Notes under the pieces: generated by a model
Told to the model about the DNA's origin: nothing
The model's input: only the letters and a program-made list of their open reading frames with translations
The model's database searches: none
Made by a program: the position numbers and the translations under genes
Shown here: positions 8,304 to 17,991 of the stretch, piece after piece
Layout of the letters: each line of letters begins with the position of its first letter
How positions within the stretch are numbered: the first letter of the stretch is position 1
NCBI RefSeq assembly: GCF_014280175.1
Contig: NZ_CP047931.1
Location: forward strand, 2,160,001 to 2,192,000
DNA from: Synechococcus sp. A15-28
GTDB taxonomy: Bacteria > Cyanobacteriota > Cyanobacteriia > PCC-6307 > Cyanobiaceae
Reading direction: 5' to 3'
DNA length: 32,000 nt

Positions 8304-10973
8304 TCAAACATCGCTTAGGCCTTGCTTGAGCTGATCAGCTGCTGCATCCAAAGCCTCAGGTAGTTTTGAACCGTCCCGGCCACCGGCCTGAGCCAGATTC
8401 GGCCGGCCGCCGCCGCCGCCACCGCAGAGCTTGGCGATGCCACCGATGAATTTGCCGGCCTGGAGCTTGGCGGCAATCACCTGCTTACCGAAGGCCGCCA
8501 CCAGGATCACCTTGCCGAGGTCAGCCGGATCCGGCAGACCACCGATCACCACAGCCGCGCCATCCCCCAACTGATCGGCCAGGCTCTGGGCGGCTCCCTG
8601 CAGACCGGCCCCATCCACGCCGTCGAGGCGTTCCACCAACAGCTGGAAGTCACCCACGGCCTCGGCCTTGGCGGCCAGAGCAGCGGCCTTGGCCACCGCA
8701 AGCTCCGCCTGAGCCGCAGCCAGCGCCTTGCCGGTGGCCTTGAGCTCCTCCTGGAGGATCGCCACTCGGTCAACGATCTCGGACGGCTGAGCCTTGAAGC
8801 GATCCCCCAGCTGCTTCACCACCGCGTCACGCTCATTCAGGTAGGCGAGCACCGCTGGGCCAGCCACAGCTTCGATGCGGCGGATGCCGGCCGCAACGCC
8901 ACTTTCCGCCACGATCTTGAATAAACCGATCTCAGCGGTGTTAGCCACATGGGTGCCGCCGCAGAGCTCCATCGATACGCCGGGCACATCAACCACCCGC
9001 ACCACATCGGCATATTTCTCGCCGAACATCGCCACAGCACCAGCCGCCTTGGCCTGCTCGATCGCCATCTCCTGCACCTCGAGGCTGTGGGCCTCAGCAA
9101 TCCAGCTGTTGATCAACGTTTCGATCTGAGTCAGTTGCTCAGGGGTGACCGCCGTCGGGCAATGGAAATCGAAGCGCAGCCTGTCGAAATCCACCAGGGA
9201 GCCCGCCTGACCGATGCCCGAATCCACCACCTGCTTCAAGGCAGCCTGCAGGAGGTGAGTGGCGGTGTGATTGGCCTGGGCCCGCCGGCGGCACGTGCGA
9301 TCCACCTGGGCATTGACGGCGTCACCCAGGGCCAATTGACCCCGTTCGATCCGTCCTGAATGCACGAACACATCCCGACTGCGACTCACGGAGTCGATGG
9401 CCACGATGACGTCGATACCACTGAGCGATCCGCGATCCCCGACCTGGCCGCCGCCTTCGCCATAGAAGGGAGTGCTGTCGAGCACCACCTGAACGACGTC
9501 TCCGGCCGACGCCGATGAGGCCGGTGCACCATTCACCACCAGGGCCTGCACCGTGCCGGCATGGTCCAAGGCGTCGTATCCCTTGAACGCCGTCGAACTC
9601 TGCTCACCAGCCACCTGCTCGATCGCATCCTGGAGGGTGAGGTCGATGCTCACCGCGGCCGCCTTGGCGCGCTGGCGCTGCTCCTCCATTGCCGCCTCGA
9701 ACCCATCAAGGTCGACTGCCAAGCCCTGATCCTCCGCGATTTCCTGGGTGAGCTCAAGCGGGAAGCCATAGGTGTCGTACAGCTCAAAGGCCTGGGCACC
9801 GCTGATCTGGGTGGGCTTGGAGGCCAGCACCTCCGCCAGCAGCTTCTCGCCCCGCTCCAGGGTCTCCAGGAAGCGCGCTTCCTCCCGCTGCAATTCGGCC
9901 AGGATCACTTCCTGGCGCTCGATGACGCTGGGGTGAGCCCCCTTGAGCAATGCAATCGCCGCCGCCCCCATGGTGACGAGGAAGGGCTTATCGATGCCCA
10001 GTAGACGTCCATGGCGCACCACCCGCCGGAGCAGGCGCCGCAGGATGTAGCCGCGGCCCAGGTTGCTGGCGGTGACGCCATCGCAGATCAGCTGTGTCAC
10101 CGCACGGCTGTGGTCGCCGATCACCTTCAACGACGTCTTGCCCTTCTCGTCGAGCTGGTGGTAGTCGACCCCCGCCAGATCCGCGGCCGCCTGGATCAGC
10201 GGAAAGATCAGATCGGTTTCGTAGTTGTTGGGAACCTTCTGCAGGATCTGCGCCATCCGCTCGAGGCCCATACCCGTGTCGATGTTGCGGTTGGCCAGCG
10301 GCGTGAGGGTGCCCTCGGCATCGCGGTTGTACTGCATGAACACCAGGTTGTAGAACTCGATGAAACGGTCGTCGTCCTCGAGATCGATGCCCTCATCCCC
10401 CAGTTCCGGCTTGAAGTCGTAGTAGATCTCCGAACAGGGGCCGCAGGGGCCGGTAGGGCCGGAGGCCCAGAAGTTGTCGGCCTCATCCATGCGGATGATC
10501 CGCTTGGGGTTGACCCCCACCACATCGCGCCAGATCTGCTCGGCTTCGTCGTCGTCCCGGAACACACTCACCACCAGATTCCTGGGATCGATGCCATACA
10601 CCTGGGTGCTGAGTTCCCAGGCCCATTCGATCGCCTGCTGCTTGAAGTAGTCCCCAAACGAGAAGTTGCCCAGCATCTCGAAAAAGGTGTGATGCCGCGC
10701 CGTGCGGCCCACGTTTTCGATGTCGTTGGTGCGAATGCACTTCTGCGAACTGGTGGCCCGCGGCGCCGGCCGCTGCTGCTGCCCCAGAAACACCGGCTTG
10801 AAGGGCAGCATGCCGGCGATGGTGAGCAGCACCGTCGGATCCTCGGGAATCAACGAGGCGCTGGCCATGCGCTGGTGACCGCGCTCGGCATAGAAGCTCA
10901 GAAAAGCCTCTCGGATGTCCTCCCCGCTGCGGGGCGCTGACGCTGCAGAAGGCGACGATTCGGCGGCGGCCAT
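8304..10973 (-). CDS. alaS: alanine--tRNA ligase
   Basis: IREAFLSFYAERGHQRMASASLIPEDPTVLLTIAGMLPFKPVFLG, RRLLRRVVRHGRLLG, NHTATHLLQAALK and MELCGGTHVANTAEIGLFKI. Likely start MAAAESSPSAAS at 10973 (alternative ATG at 11000). 889 aa. Confidence 0.97.
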   Translation of the reverse strand: MAAAESSPSAASAPRSGEDIREAFLSFYAERGHQRMASASLIPEDPTVLLTIAGMLPFKPVFLGQQQRPAPRATSSQKCIRTNDIENVGRTARHHTFFEMLGNFSFGDYFKQQAIEWAWELSTQVYGIDPRNLVVSVFRDDDEAEQIWRDVVGVNPKRIIRMDEADNFWASGPTGPCGPCSEIYYDFKPELGDEGIDLEDDDRFIEFYNLVFMQYNRDAEGTLTPLANRNIDTGMGLERMAQILQKVPNNYETDLIFPLIQAAADLAGVDYHQLDEKGKTSLKVIGDHSRAVTQLICDGVTASNLGRGYILRRLLRRVVRHGRLLGIDKPFLVTMGAAAIALLKGAHPSVIERQEVILAELQREEARFLETLERGEKLLAEVLASKPTQISGAQAFELYDTYGFPLELTQEIAEDQGLAVDLDGFEAAMEEQRQRAKAAAVSIDLTLQDAIEQVAGEQSSTAFKGYDALDHAGTVQALVVNGAPASSASAGDVVQVVLDSTPFYGEGGGQVGDRGSLSGIDVIVAIDSVSRSRDVFVHSGRIERGQLALGDAVNAQVDRTCRRRAQANHTATHLLQAALKQVVDSGIGQAGSLVDFDRLRFDFHCPTAVTPEQLTQIETLINSWIAEAHSLEVQEMAIEQAKAAGAVAMFGEKYADVVRVVDVPGVSMELCGGTHVANTAEIGLFKIVAESGVAAGIRRIEAVAGPAVLAYLNERDAVVKQLGDRFKAQPSEIVDRVAILQEELKATGKALAAAQAELAVAKAAALAAKAEAVGDFQLLVERLDGVDGAGLQGAAQSLADQLGDGAAVVIGGLPDPADLGKVILVAAFGKQVIAAKLQAGKFIGGIAKLCGGGGGGRPNLAQAGGRDGSKLPEALDAAADQLKQGLSDV

Positions 10974-11025
10974 GGAAGGAGATGGGGATCCAGCGGTCAT
11001 GATCGCCTGAGAGCCGTCGGCACCC

Positions 11026-11415
11026 TTGCCTGCACAGCCCGATGACGCTGACATCCGCTCCCGACTGCGGCTGCAGTCGATCGGATGGGCCCTGCTCGCT
11101 GGCCTCGGCGCTGCCGTGCTCGGCCTGGCCTGGGGCCTGGAGGACGCCATCCGTTCCGGTGGCTGTGGCCTGTTCTATGGATTGCTGGCCTTCCACCTGC
11201 AACGTGTCGATCCCGATGACAGCCACCTGCAGGCCGGCCTTGTAGGGGCCATCTGCGGTGTGCGGAGCCTTGGCCTTCCCCTGACTCTTGACAACTGGCA
11301 GGCAGACGCTCTGGCATCATTGGTACTGGAGCTCCTCCAGGCTTGGCTGCCGTTGATCGGCAGTGCTGTCCTGCTCCACGGCACCCACCGCTTCCTGCCC
11401 GCGTCGCGGCCATGA
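11026..11415 (+). CDS. conserved hypothetical small membrane protein
   Basis: 129 aa with two or more hydrophobic segments (SIGWALLAGLGAAVLGLAWGL; LQAGLVGAICGVRSLGLPL; LLQAWLPLIGSAVLL). It overlaps the next gene's ATG by 4 nt (ATGA), which implies translational coupling. Confidence 0.65.
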   Translation: MPAQPDDADIRSRLRLQSIGWALLAGLGAAVLGLAWGLEDAIRSGGCGLFYGLLAFHLQRVDPDDSHLQAGLVGAICGVRSLGLPLTLDNWQADALASLVLELLQAWLPLIGSAVLLHGTHRFLPASRP

Positions 11416-14400
11416 GCCTGCTGCACGCCACCTGGCTTCCCGCCATCCGTACCTCTGGCAGTTCCGGCCAACCGGCACTGCTCATTTGGGCTGACACCTG
11501 GCGGGTGGCCACACCGGAAGGCCCCGGCCTCACCCCGGCGCTGCATCCCTTCACCTTGGAGCCTGCAGACCTCAAGGCCTGGCTGCAGGAGCGCGACCTG
11601 TTGCCGGGGGGCAGCATCGATGCCACCGCCTGCCTCACCCTGCCCAGCCGCACGGTGAAGCCGCGCAAGAGCCGCAGTAAGTCGGCCGAACCACCCCCGG
11701 AAGAACCAGCCTGGACCGGCCTGCCGATGCAAGCCGGAGAACCGATCCCCAAGCAGACCGAATGGTGGCCGTGGCAGGTCCAAGGGCTAGCCGTGGAACC
11801 CTCGGCAGCAACGGAGTGGCTTTCACGGCTGCCCCTGTCTGGACGACATCCGGACCTGGCCGATGAACTGCGTTGGTGGAGCCATCTGCAGCGCTGGGCC
11901 CTCAGCCTGGTGGCCCGGGGACGCTGGATTCCCCAGATGGAACTGAGCAAAGGTGAGGGGTACCCCCACCGAGCCCGCTGGGTACCGCTGCTCAACCGGG
12001 AGGAGGACCGCCGGCGGCTGGAGGATCTGGCCGCCAGTCTGCCGCTGGTGGCCACCTGCGCCCTGCCCTGGCGGGAACCCCTGGGGCGGCGCAGCAATCG
12101 CATGACACGGCTGCGACCGGAGGCCATGCGTGCCGCCAACCCAGTGGCCTGCTGCCGGCCCCGCAGCGGCCGCCTGCGAGTGGCCACGCTGCTGGAGGAT
12201 CTGGTGGACGCGCAGCTGCGCAGAAGCTTCCAACCCAGCACCGATGGCCTCGATCCCCTGCTGACTCTCTGGCAGGAGGCCCTGGGCTCCGAGACCGGTG
12301 TGATCGAGATCGGCGATGAGGAGGCTGAACGGCTGGCCAGCGCCAGCTTGCATTGGCGCGAGGGCATCGCAGGCGATTTCGCCGCCGCACGCACCTGCCT
12401 CGAGCTGCACACCCCGGCCGAGGGGGAAGAACTCTGGGACCTGCGCTTCGGCCTGCAGGCGGCATCGGATCCAAGCCTCAAGCTGCCCGCAGCCGCGGCC
12501 TGGGCCTCCGGCGCCGACAAGCTTCAGCTGGGGGATGTGACGGTGGAGCAGCCCGGCGAAGTTCTGCTGGAGGGCCTGGGACGCGCCCTCACCGTGTTCC
12601 CCCCGATCGAACGCGGTCTGGAGACCGCCACCCCGGACACGATGCAACTGACCCCCGCCGAAGCCTTCGTGCTGGTGCGGACCGCCGCACGTCAGCTGCG
12701 GGATGCCGGCGTTGGCGTCGAGCTGCCCCCCAGCCTCTCGGGTGGCCTGGCCAGCCGTTTGGGACTGGCGATCAAGGCGGAGCTGCCGGAACGATCCAGC
12801 GGCTTCACCCTCGGCGAATCGCTGGACTGGAACTGGGATCTGATGATCGGAGGGGTGACGCTCACCCTGCGGGAACTGGAGCGGCTCAGTGGTAAACGCA
12901 GCCCCCTTGTGCGCCACAAAGGGGCCTGGATTGAACTGCGACCAAACGACCTGAGAAACGCCGAACGCTTCTGCGGCGCCAACCCGGAGCTCAGCCTGGA
13001 CGATGCCCTGCGGATCACCGCCACCGAGGGCGATCTGCTGATGCGACTTCCGGTGCACCGCTTTGACGCCGGCCCCAGGTTGCAGGCGGTGCTGGAGCAA
13101 TACCACCAGCAGAAGGCCCCCGATCCGCTGCCGGCGCCGGAAGGGTTCTGCGGGCAACTGCGGCCTTACCAGGAACGGGGCCTGGGTTGGCTGGCCTTCC
13201 TCAACCGTTTCGACCAGGGGGCTTGCCTGGCGGACGACATGGGTCTGGGCAAAACCATCCAGCTGCTGGCCTTCCTGCAGCACCTCAAGGCGGAACAGGA
13301 GCTGAAGCGCCCGGTGCTGCTGGTGGCGCCGACGTCAGTCCTCACCAACTGGCGGCGGGAGGCGGAGGCCTTCACTCCGGAGCTGGCGGTGCGCGAGCAC
13401 TACGGGCCCCGTCGTCCCTCCACCCCGGCAGCCTTGAAGAAGGCGTTGAAGGACATCGACCTGGTGCTCACCAGCTACGGCCTGCTGCAACGGGACAGTG
13501 AACTGCTCGAGTCCCAGGATTGGCAGGGGGTTGTGATCGACGAAGCCCAGGCGATCAAGAATCCCAGCGCCAAGCAGAGCCAGGCCGCCCGCGACCTGGC
13601 CAGGCCAGCCAAAGGCAACCGCTTCCGCATCGCCCTAACCGGCACACCGGTGGAGAACCGGGTCAGCGAGCTCTGGGCCCTGATGGATTTCCTCAATCCC
13701 AAGGTGCTGGGGGAAGAGGACTTCTTCCGTCAGCGCTACCGGATGCCAATCGAGCGCTACGGCGACATGGCCTCCCTGCGGGACTTGAAGGCTCGGGTCG
13801 GGCCCTTCATCCTGCGCCGCCTGAAAACCGACAAAGCGATCATTTCCGATCTGCCCGAGAAGGTGGAACTCAGTGAATGGGTGGGGCTCAGCAAGGAGCA
13901 GAAGTCGCTGTACAGCAAAACCGTGGAAGACACCCTGGATGCCATTGCCCGGGCCCCCCGCGGTCAACGCCACGGCCAGGTGCTGGGACTGCTCACCCGC
14001 CTGAAGCAGATCTGCAACCACCCGGCCCTGGCCTTAAGTGAAAATGCTGCGGATGAGAGCTTTCTGGGCCGTTCCGCCAAGGTGCAACGGCTTGAGGAAA
14101 TCCTCGACGAGGTCATCGAAGCGGGGGATCGGGCCTTGCTGTTCACCCAGTTCGCCGAATGGGGGCATCTGATGCAGTCCTGGATGCAACAGCGGTGGAA
14201 GGCGGAAGTGCCCTTCCTGCATGGGGGAACCCGCAAGAGCGAACGGCAGGCCATGGTGGATCGCTTCCAGGAGGATCCCCGCGGTCCGCAACTGTTCCTG
14301 TTGTCGCTCAAGGCCGGTGGAGTGGGTCTGAACCTGACCCGAGCCAGCCACGTGTTCCATGTGGACCGCTGGTGGAACCCAGCGGTGGAGAACCAGGCCA

Positions 14401-14603
14401 CAGACAGGGCCTACAGGATTGGTCAGACCAACCGGGTGATGGTGCACAAATTCATCACCCGTGGATCGGTGGAGGAAAAGATCGATCGGATGATCCGTGA
14501 GAAGTCACGCCTGGCGGAGGATGTGATCGGCTCCGGTGAAGACTGGCTGGGGAGCCTGGCCGGCGATCAACTGCGCAATCTCGTTGCCCTGGAGGACACC
14601 TGA
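11412..14603 (+). CDS. SNF2/RapA-like DEAD/DEAH-box helicase-family ATPase
   Basis: ADDMGLGKTIQLLAFLQ (Walker A), VVIDEAQAIKNPSAKQ (Walker B/DEAQ), LTGTPVENRVSELWALMDFLNP, LSLKAGGVGLNLTRASHVFHVDRWWNPAVENQATDRAYRIGQ. Start ATG at 11412 (MSLLHATWLP). Confidence 0.95.
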   Translation: MSLLHATWLPAIRTSGSSGQPALLIWADTWRVATPEGPGLTPALHPFTLEPADLKAWLQERDLLPGGSIDATACLTLPSRTVKPRKSRSKSAEPPPEEPAWTGLPMQAGEPIPKQTEWWPWQVQGLAVEPSAATEWLSRLPLSGRHPDLADELRWWSHLQRWALSLVARGRWIPQMELSKGEGYPHRARWVPLLNREEDRRRLEDLAASLPLVATCALPWREPLGRRSNRMTRLRPEAMRAANPVACCRPRSGRLRVATLLEDLVDAQLRRSFQPSTDGLDPLLTLWQEALGSETGVIEIGDEEAERLASASLHWREGIAGDFAAARTCLELHTPAEGEELWDLRFGLQAASDPSLKLPAAAAWASGADKLQLGDVTVEQPGEVLLEGLGRALTVFPPIERGLETATPDTMQLTPAEAFVLVRTAARQLRDAGVGVELPPSLSGGLASRLGLAIKAELPERSSGFTLGESLDWNWDLMIGGVTLTLRELERLSGKRSPLVRHKGAWIELRPNDLRNAERFCGANPELSLDDALRITATEGDLLMRLPVHRFDAGPRLQAVLEQYHQQKAPDPLPAPEGFCGQLRPYQERGLGWLAFLNRFDQGACLADDMGLGKTIQLLAFLQHLKAEQELKRPVLLVAPTSVLTNWRREAEAFTPELAVREHYGPRRPSTPAALKKALKDIDLVLTSYGLLQRDSELLESQDWQGVVIDEAQAIKNPSAKQSQAARDLARPAKGNRFRIALTGTPVENRVSELWALMDFLNPKVLGEEDFFRQRYRMPIERYGDMASLRDLKARVGPFILRRLKTDKAIISDLPEKVELSEWVGLSKEQKSLYSKTVEDTLDAIARAPRGQRHGQVLGLLTRLKQICNHPALALSENAADESFLGRSAKVQRLEEILDEVIEAGDRALLFTQFAEWGHLMQSWMQQRWKAEVPFLHGGTRKSERQAMVDRFQEDPRGPQLFLLSLKAGGVGLNLTRASHVFHVDRWWNPAVENQATDRAYRIGQTNRVMVHKFITRGSVEEKIDRMIREKSRLAEDVIGSGEDWLGSLAGDQLRNLVALEDT

Positions 14604-14605
14604 CC

Positions 14606-15487
14606 ATGACCAGCACCAACGGCAACGGGATCACAACCTTCGGTGATGAGGGGCTTGGCCAGCAGCCCTGGTGGGTGGAGCAGTGGATGGAGCTGATCAA
14701 CGGCTACCGCTTCAAGAAACGGCTGGAACGGGCCTGGGGATACGCCCGCGAAGGCAACGTCACCTCAATCCGTTTTGAAGGGCGCCGGGTGCATGCCCGG
14801 GTGCAGGGCACCGGAGAAGACCCCTACAAAGTGAAGCTCTGGCTGGATGTGCTGAACGACGAAGACTGGGGCTACGTGCTGGAAGCGTTGACCCAGAAAG
14901 CCCGTTGGTCGGCTCAGCTGCTGGCTGGAATCATGCCGTCGGACATCGAGCGGGCCTTCGCCGCCAGTGGCAAACGCCTGTTCCCGTTCAAGCTGCAAGA
15001 GGTGCGCAGCGAGTGCAGTTGCCCGGACAAAGCCAACCCCTGCAAGCACATCAGTGCCGTGTACTTCCTGATGGGGGATCGCTTCAGCGAGGACCCCTTC
15101 GTGCTGTTCCAGCTGCGGGGGCGCAACCGCAGCAAGCTGCTGGAGGATCTGGCGGAACAGCGCCGCGAGGTGCTCACCAAGCTGGCGGAGCAGGCCAGTG
15201 CTGCTGACGACGACACACCAGCGGACGAGCCCGCACCGCTGCCCCCTCACCCCGCCGTGCTGGATCCAGCCCTGTGGTGGCGCTACGAACGCAGCCTGGA
15301 TGGCGATCTGGTGGTGATCACAGCAGCGCTGGAGGGGGACACCGGTCTGGACGCAGCCGGTGAACTTCCCCTGGCGGAAGATCCACGCTTTCCAGAGGCA
15401 CGGGACACCTTCCTCACCAACCTGCGAGCCCACGGCCAGGCCAGTGCCCAGAGCGCCATGGTGCAAGCCATGACTGCCGGCAGCTGA
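14606..15487 (+). CDS. SWIM zinc finger family protein
   Basis: SWIM motif CSCPDKANPCKH (CxC-x6-CxH). Starts 2 nt after the SNF2 stop codon. 293 aa. Confidence 0.9.
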   Translation: MTSTNGNGITTFGDEGLGQQPWWVEQWMELINGYRFKKRLERAWGYAREGNVTSIRFEGRRVHARVQGTGEDPYKVKLWLDVLNDEDWGYVLEALTQKARWSAQLLAGIMPSDIERAFAASGKRLFPFKLQEVRSECSCPDKANPCKHISAVYFLMGDRFSEDPFVLFQLRGRNRSKLLEDLAEQRREVLTKLAEQASAADDDTPADEPAPLPPHPAVLDPALWWRYERSLDGDLVVITAALEGDTGLDAAGELPLAEDPRFPEARDTFLTNLRAHGQASAQSAMVQAMTAGS

Positions 15488-15491
15488 GACA

Positions 15492-15971
15492 TTGATGGAG
15501 GAGGCGCCCTGGCTGAGCGCAGAAAAGCGGGGCCTGGCAGCCCTTCTGCTGAGCTCCCATCAGCGGGCCTTCGGGATGCCGTTGATCGCAACGGCACGGC
15601 CGGGACAATCGACACGGCTGTGCTGTCAGGAGCTGTTCAGCAGCAGCTTTCCAGTGCTGGCCCACGGCATTGGCGACGACCCATTGGTGGTGTACGCCAA
15701 TGCCGCAGCGCTTCAACTCTGGGGGCGGCGCTGGGCGGACATGGTCGGCATGCCATCGAAGCTCACGGCTCCGGATGAAGTGCGATCGGAACGGCGACGG
15801 GCACTGCGACAGGCCCAAACCGAGGACGCCATCCGTGGCTATGGGGGTGTCCGCATCGATCACGATGGGCGGCGTTTCATGATCCGCAATGCCCGGATCT
15901 GGACCTTGTGGGATGAGGAACAGCGCAGCTGCGGCCAGGCCGCCTGCTTCAGCGATTGGTGGTGGATCTGA
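15492..15971 (+). CDS. MEKHLA domain-containing protein
   Basis: LLSSHQRAFGMPLI...FPVLAHGIGDDPLVVYANAAALQLWGRRWADMVGMPSKLTAPDEVRSERR...GYGGVRIDHDGRRFMIRNARIWTLWDE is the MEKHLA (PAS-like) pattern. Confidence 0.82.
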   Translation: MMEEAPWLSAEKRGLAALLLSSHQRAFGMPLIATARPGQSTRLCCQELFSSSFPVLAHGIGDDPLVVYANAAALQLWGRRWADMVGMPSKLTAPDEVRSERRRALRQAQTEDAIRGYGGVRIDHDGRRFMIRNARIWTLWDEEQRSCGQAACFSDWWWI

Positions 15972-16137
15972 ATCGGTACGGTTTTGACACCATTCCAGTC
16001 GTACCAGCCGAACTGAGGTGTGCAGACCGAATCAAAATGGACGGTTCACACCCTTCTGATTCTCATCCAACCGGCGCAGATTGTCGTTGCGGGCGATCAA
16101 CCCAGTCCGCAGATGTTCACTCTTCGGAGCAACAACC

Positions 16138-16524
16138 ATGCTGACCCTGCGCCAATCCCCCTTTGACCTATTCGAACGTCTTGAACAGCAAATCGCCACC
16201 GCTGAGCGGGTGCCCAACGCCGAAATCGTCGAAACCGAAAACGGCTACGTCGTACGGCTTGAGTTGCCCGGCGTTCAGCGGGACACCATCGACATCAAAG
16301 CCACCGATCGCAACCTGGTGATCAGCGCTGAGCGCGCGGCCCATGGCGATGAGGCAACCGTTCTGATGAGCGAGTTCCGCAGCGGCACCTGGAGCCGCAG
16401 CTTCCGCTTCCCCCACAGCCTCAACCGGGAGGACCTCACCGCCAATTTCCGCGACGGCATCCTCGAGATCACGGCCGACAAGGCTGTGGAGCACACCAGC
16501 GTCACCGTTCAACTGGAGAACTGA
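16138..16524 (+). CDS. Hsp20/alpha-crystallin family small heat shock protein
   Basis: MLTLRQSPFDLFERLEQQIATAER..ETENGYVVRLELPGVQRDTIDIKATDRNLVISAERA...FRSGTWSRSFRFPHSLNREDLTANFRDGILEITADKA. Start ATG at 16138. Confidence 0.95.
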   Translation: MLTLRQSPFDLFERLEQQIATAERVPNAEIVETENGYVVRLELPGVQRDTIDIKATDRNLVISAERAAHGDEATVLMSEFRSGTWSRSFRFPHSLNREDLTANFRDGILEITADKAVEHTSVTVQLEN

Positions 16525-16570
16525 GGAGGCTTCCCACCCACGACAGGTCAACCAAGACGAACGGACAGTG

Positions 16571-16594
16571 ACCCTCGCTTCAGCGGGGGTTTTT
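16571..16594 (+). terminator. Rho-independent terminator downstream of hsp20
   Basis: ACCCTCGC-TTCA-GCGGGGGT stem (8 bp with one G.T wobble, 4-nt loop), with the final T of the stem starting a T5 run, then ATT. It lies between convergent hsp20 and the Nramp gene. Confidence 0.8.
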
Positions 16595-16610
16595 ATTGAC
16601 CCACGACCGC

Positions 16611-17909
16611 TCAGGCCGCACCGAGCCCAAGGAAAAAGCGGGCGATGAACAGGAGGCTGAAGCCGCTGAAAAAAACCAGGCCGAACCAGCAGAAGGCGCG
16701 GGTGAGCGGCCCGTAGCGATGCTCCTGGGGCACCAGGCTGCTGTTGATCGTGTCCATCGCCATCCAGGCGAAGAGGGGGGCTGTGAGAAAACTGCCGGTC
16801 ATCGCGCCAAAGACAAAATCCTTCACGCCGATGCCACCGCCTTTGGCCACCACCAAAGCCACCACAGCTGCCAGCAGGTGCACCACCACCCAGATGTCGA
16901 AACGACGCTGCAACGGCCCTGGAGCTGAATCACCGCTGTCGCTCTGGCGCAGCAGACCCTGGATCGCGGCAATGCTGCGGGGGTAGGCATCCAGGCAGGT
17001 GAGGGTGGTGCTGAACATGGCCGAGAACGCCGCTGGGATGATCACCCAGGCCGCCCAGCCCCCCATGGCAGCGGTATAGAGCTTGATCAGCTTCTGAGCG
17101 AAGGACACACCGCTACCGGCAAGCATCCCGTCGCCACTCCCGTACATCGTGTACGAACCGAGGATCACGAAAAACATCGCCGTCAGCACCGTGATGCCGT
17201 AACCGAGGTTGAAGTCGAATTCAGCCTCCTTTGGCGTCGCCGTGTGCTCGGTGTCCCGGGCGCGGGAGAACATCCACAGCGATGGCCAAACGCACATCTC
17301 TACTGGCCCCGGCATCCAGCCCATCAGGGGAATTAGAAACGCCAGGTTGGCCAGGGTCCAGGGGCTGGGGTCTGTCGACATCCAACTGGCGGCCACATCC
17401 CCGACAGGGCCACGGATCAGCAGGGAGGCCGCCGCCATCCCCGTGAGCAAGGTGAGCAACACCACCAGCAGCTTGGACAGACGATCCAGTGCCCGGTAAT
17501 GACCGAGCAGCCACACCAGACCGCACACCACCAGCACCGCGATCGACAGGCCATAGGGGTCCTGGCCCGTCAGACCTGGAACATTGGTGAGCAACAGCCC
17601 CGCCACGAAGCTGACCGCCGCAATAGTGGCCGTGCCTGTGACCAGGCTCACCAGCAGATACAAGGGCAGATAGGCGGGATTACGCCGCTGAAAGCCCTCC
17701 AGCAGCGACAGGCCTGTGGCGGCCGTGAACCGGGTTCCGACCCTCAGGAAGGGGTACTTCACCAGGTTGGTGAGCAGGATCAACCCCACCAGGGCGAAGC
17801 CGAAGCGTGCCCCGGCCGTGGTGGACGACATCAGGTGGGATCCCCCGATGCAGGCACCGGCCAGAAGGATTCCCGGACCGATGCTCCGACGCAGGGAGCT
17901 TGAGGCCAT
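16611..17909 (-). CDS. Nramp family divalent metal cation transporter
   Basis: SIGPGILLAGACIGGSHLMSSTTAGARFGFALVGLILLTNLVKYPFLRVGTRF...: many TM helices and an Nramp-like N-terminus (GPGxLxAxxxIGxxH). Start taken as MASSSLRRS at 17909; a longer ORF reaches 17957. Confidence 0.82.
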   Translation of the reverse strand: MASSSLRRSIGPGILLAGACIGGSHLMSSTTAGARFGFALVGLILLTNLVKYPFLRVGTRFTAATGLSLLEGFQRRNPAYLPLYLLVSLVTGTATIAAVSFVAGLLLTNVPGLTGQDPYGLSIAVLVVCGLVWLLGHYRALDRLSKLLVVLLTLLTGMAAASLLIRGPVGDVAASWMSTDPSPWTLANLAFLIPLMGWMPGPVEMCVWPSLWMFSRARDTEHTATPKEAEFDFNLGYGITVLTAMFFVILGSYTMYGSGDGMLAGSGVSFAQKLIKLYTAAMGGWAAWVIIPAAFSAMFSTTLTCLDAYPRSIAAIQGLLRQSDSGDSAPGPLQRRFDIWVVVHLLAAVVALVVAKGGGIGVKDFVFGAMTGSFLTAPLFAWMAMDTINSSLVPQEHRYGPLTRAFCWFGLVFFSGFSLLFIARFFLGLGAA

Positions 17910-17991
17910 CAGAGGCTTGCAACTGGAGTCATCCTCCAGCGTCGCCGGTCCGAACAACCTTCTTAGAGTTCCCGCACTTCATCCATTCCCC

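Noticed and set aside
10011-10940. 309-aa + strand ORF (plus 9561-10004 and 8949-9359) antisense to alaS
   Set aside because: Mirror ORFs in a GC-rich gene. The - strand encodes unmistakable AlaRS, and the + strand translations are Arg/His/Val-rich with no recognisable domain.
10974-11150. N-terminal extension of alaS ORF to 11150
   Set aside because: The extension is low-complexity, non-homologous to AlaRS and overlaps the divergent 11026 gene. ATG at 10973 gives the usual AlaRS length.
10997-12520. 507-aa - strand ORF antisense to the SNF2 gene 5' end
   Set aside because: Low-complexity Ser/Arg-rich translation opposite a well-supported SNF2 ATPase; the - strand ORFs at 11823-13283 and 13635-14021 show the same effect.
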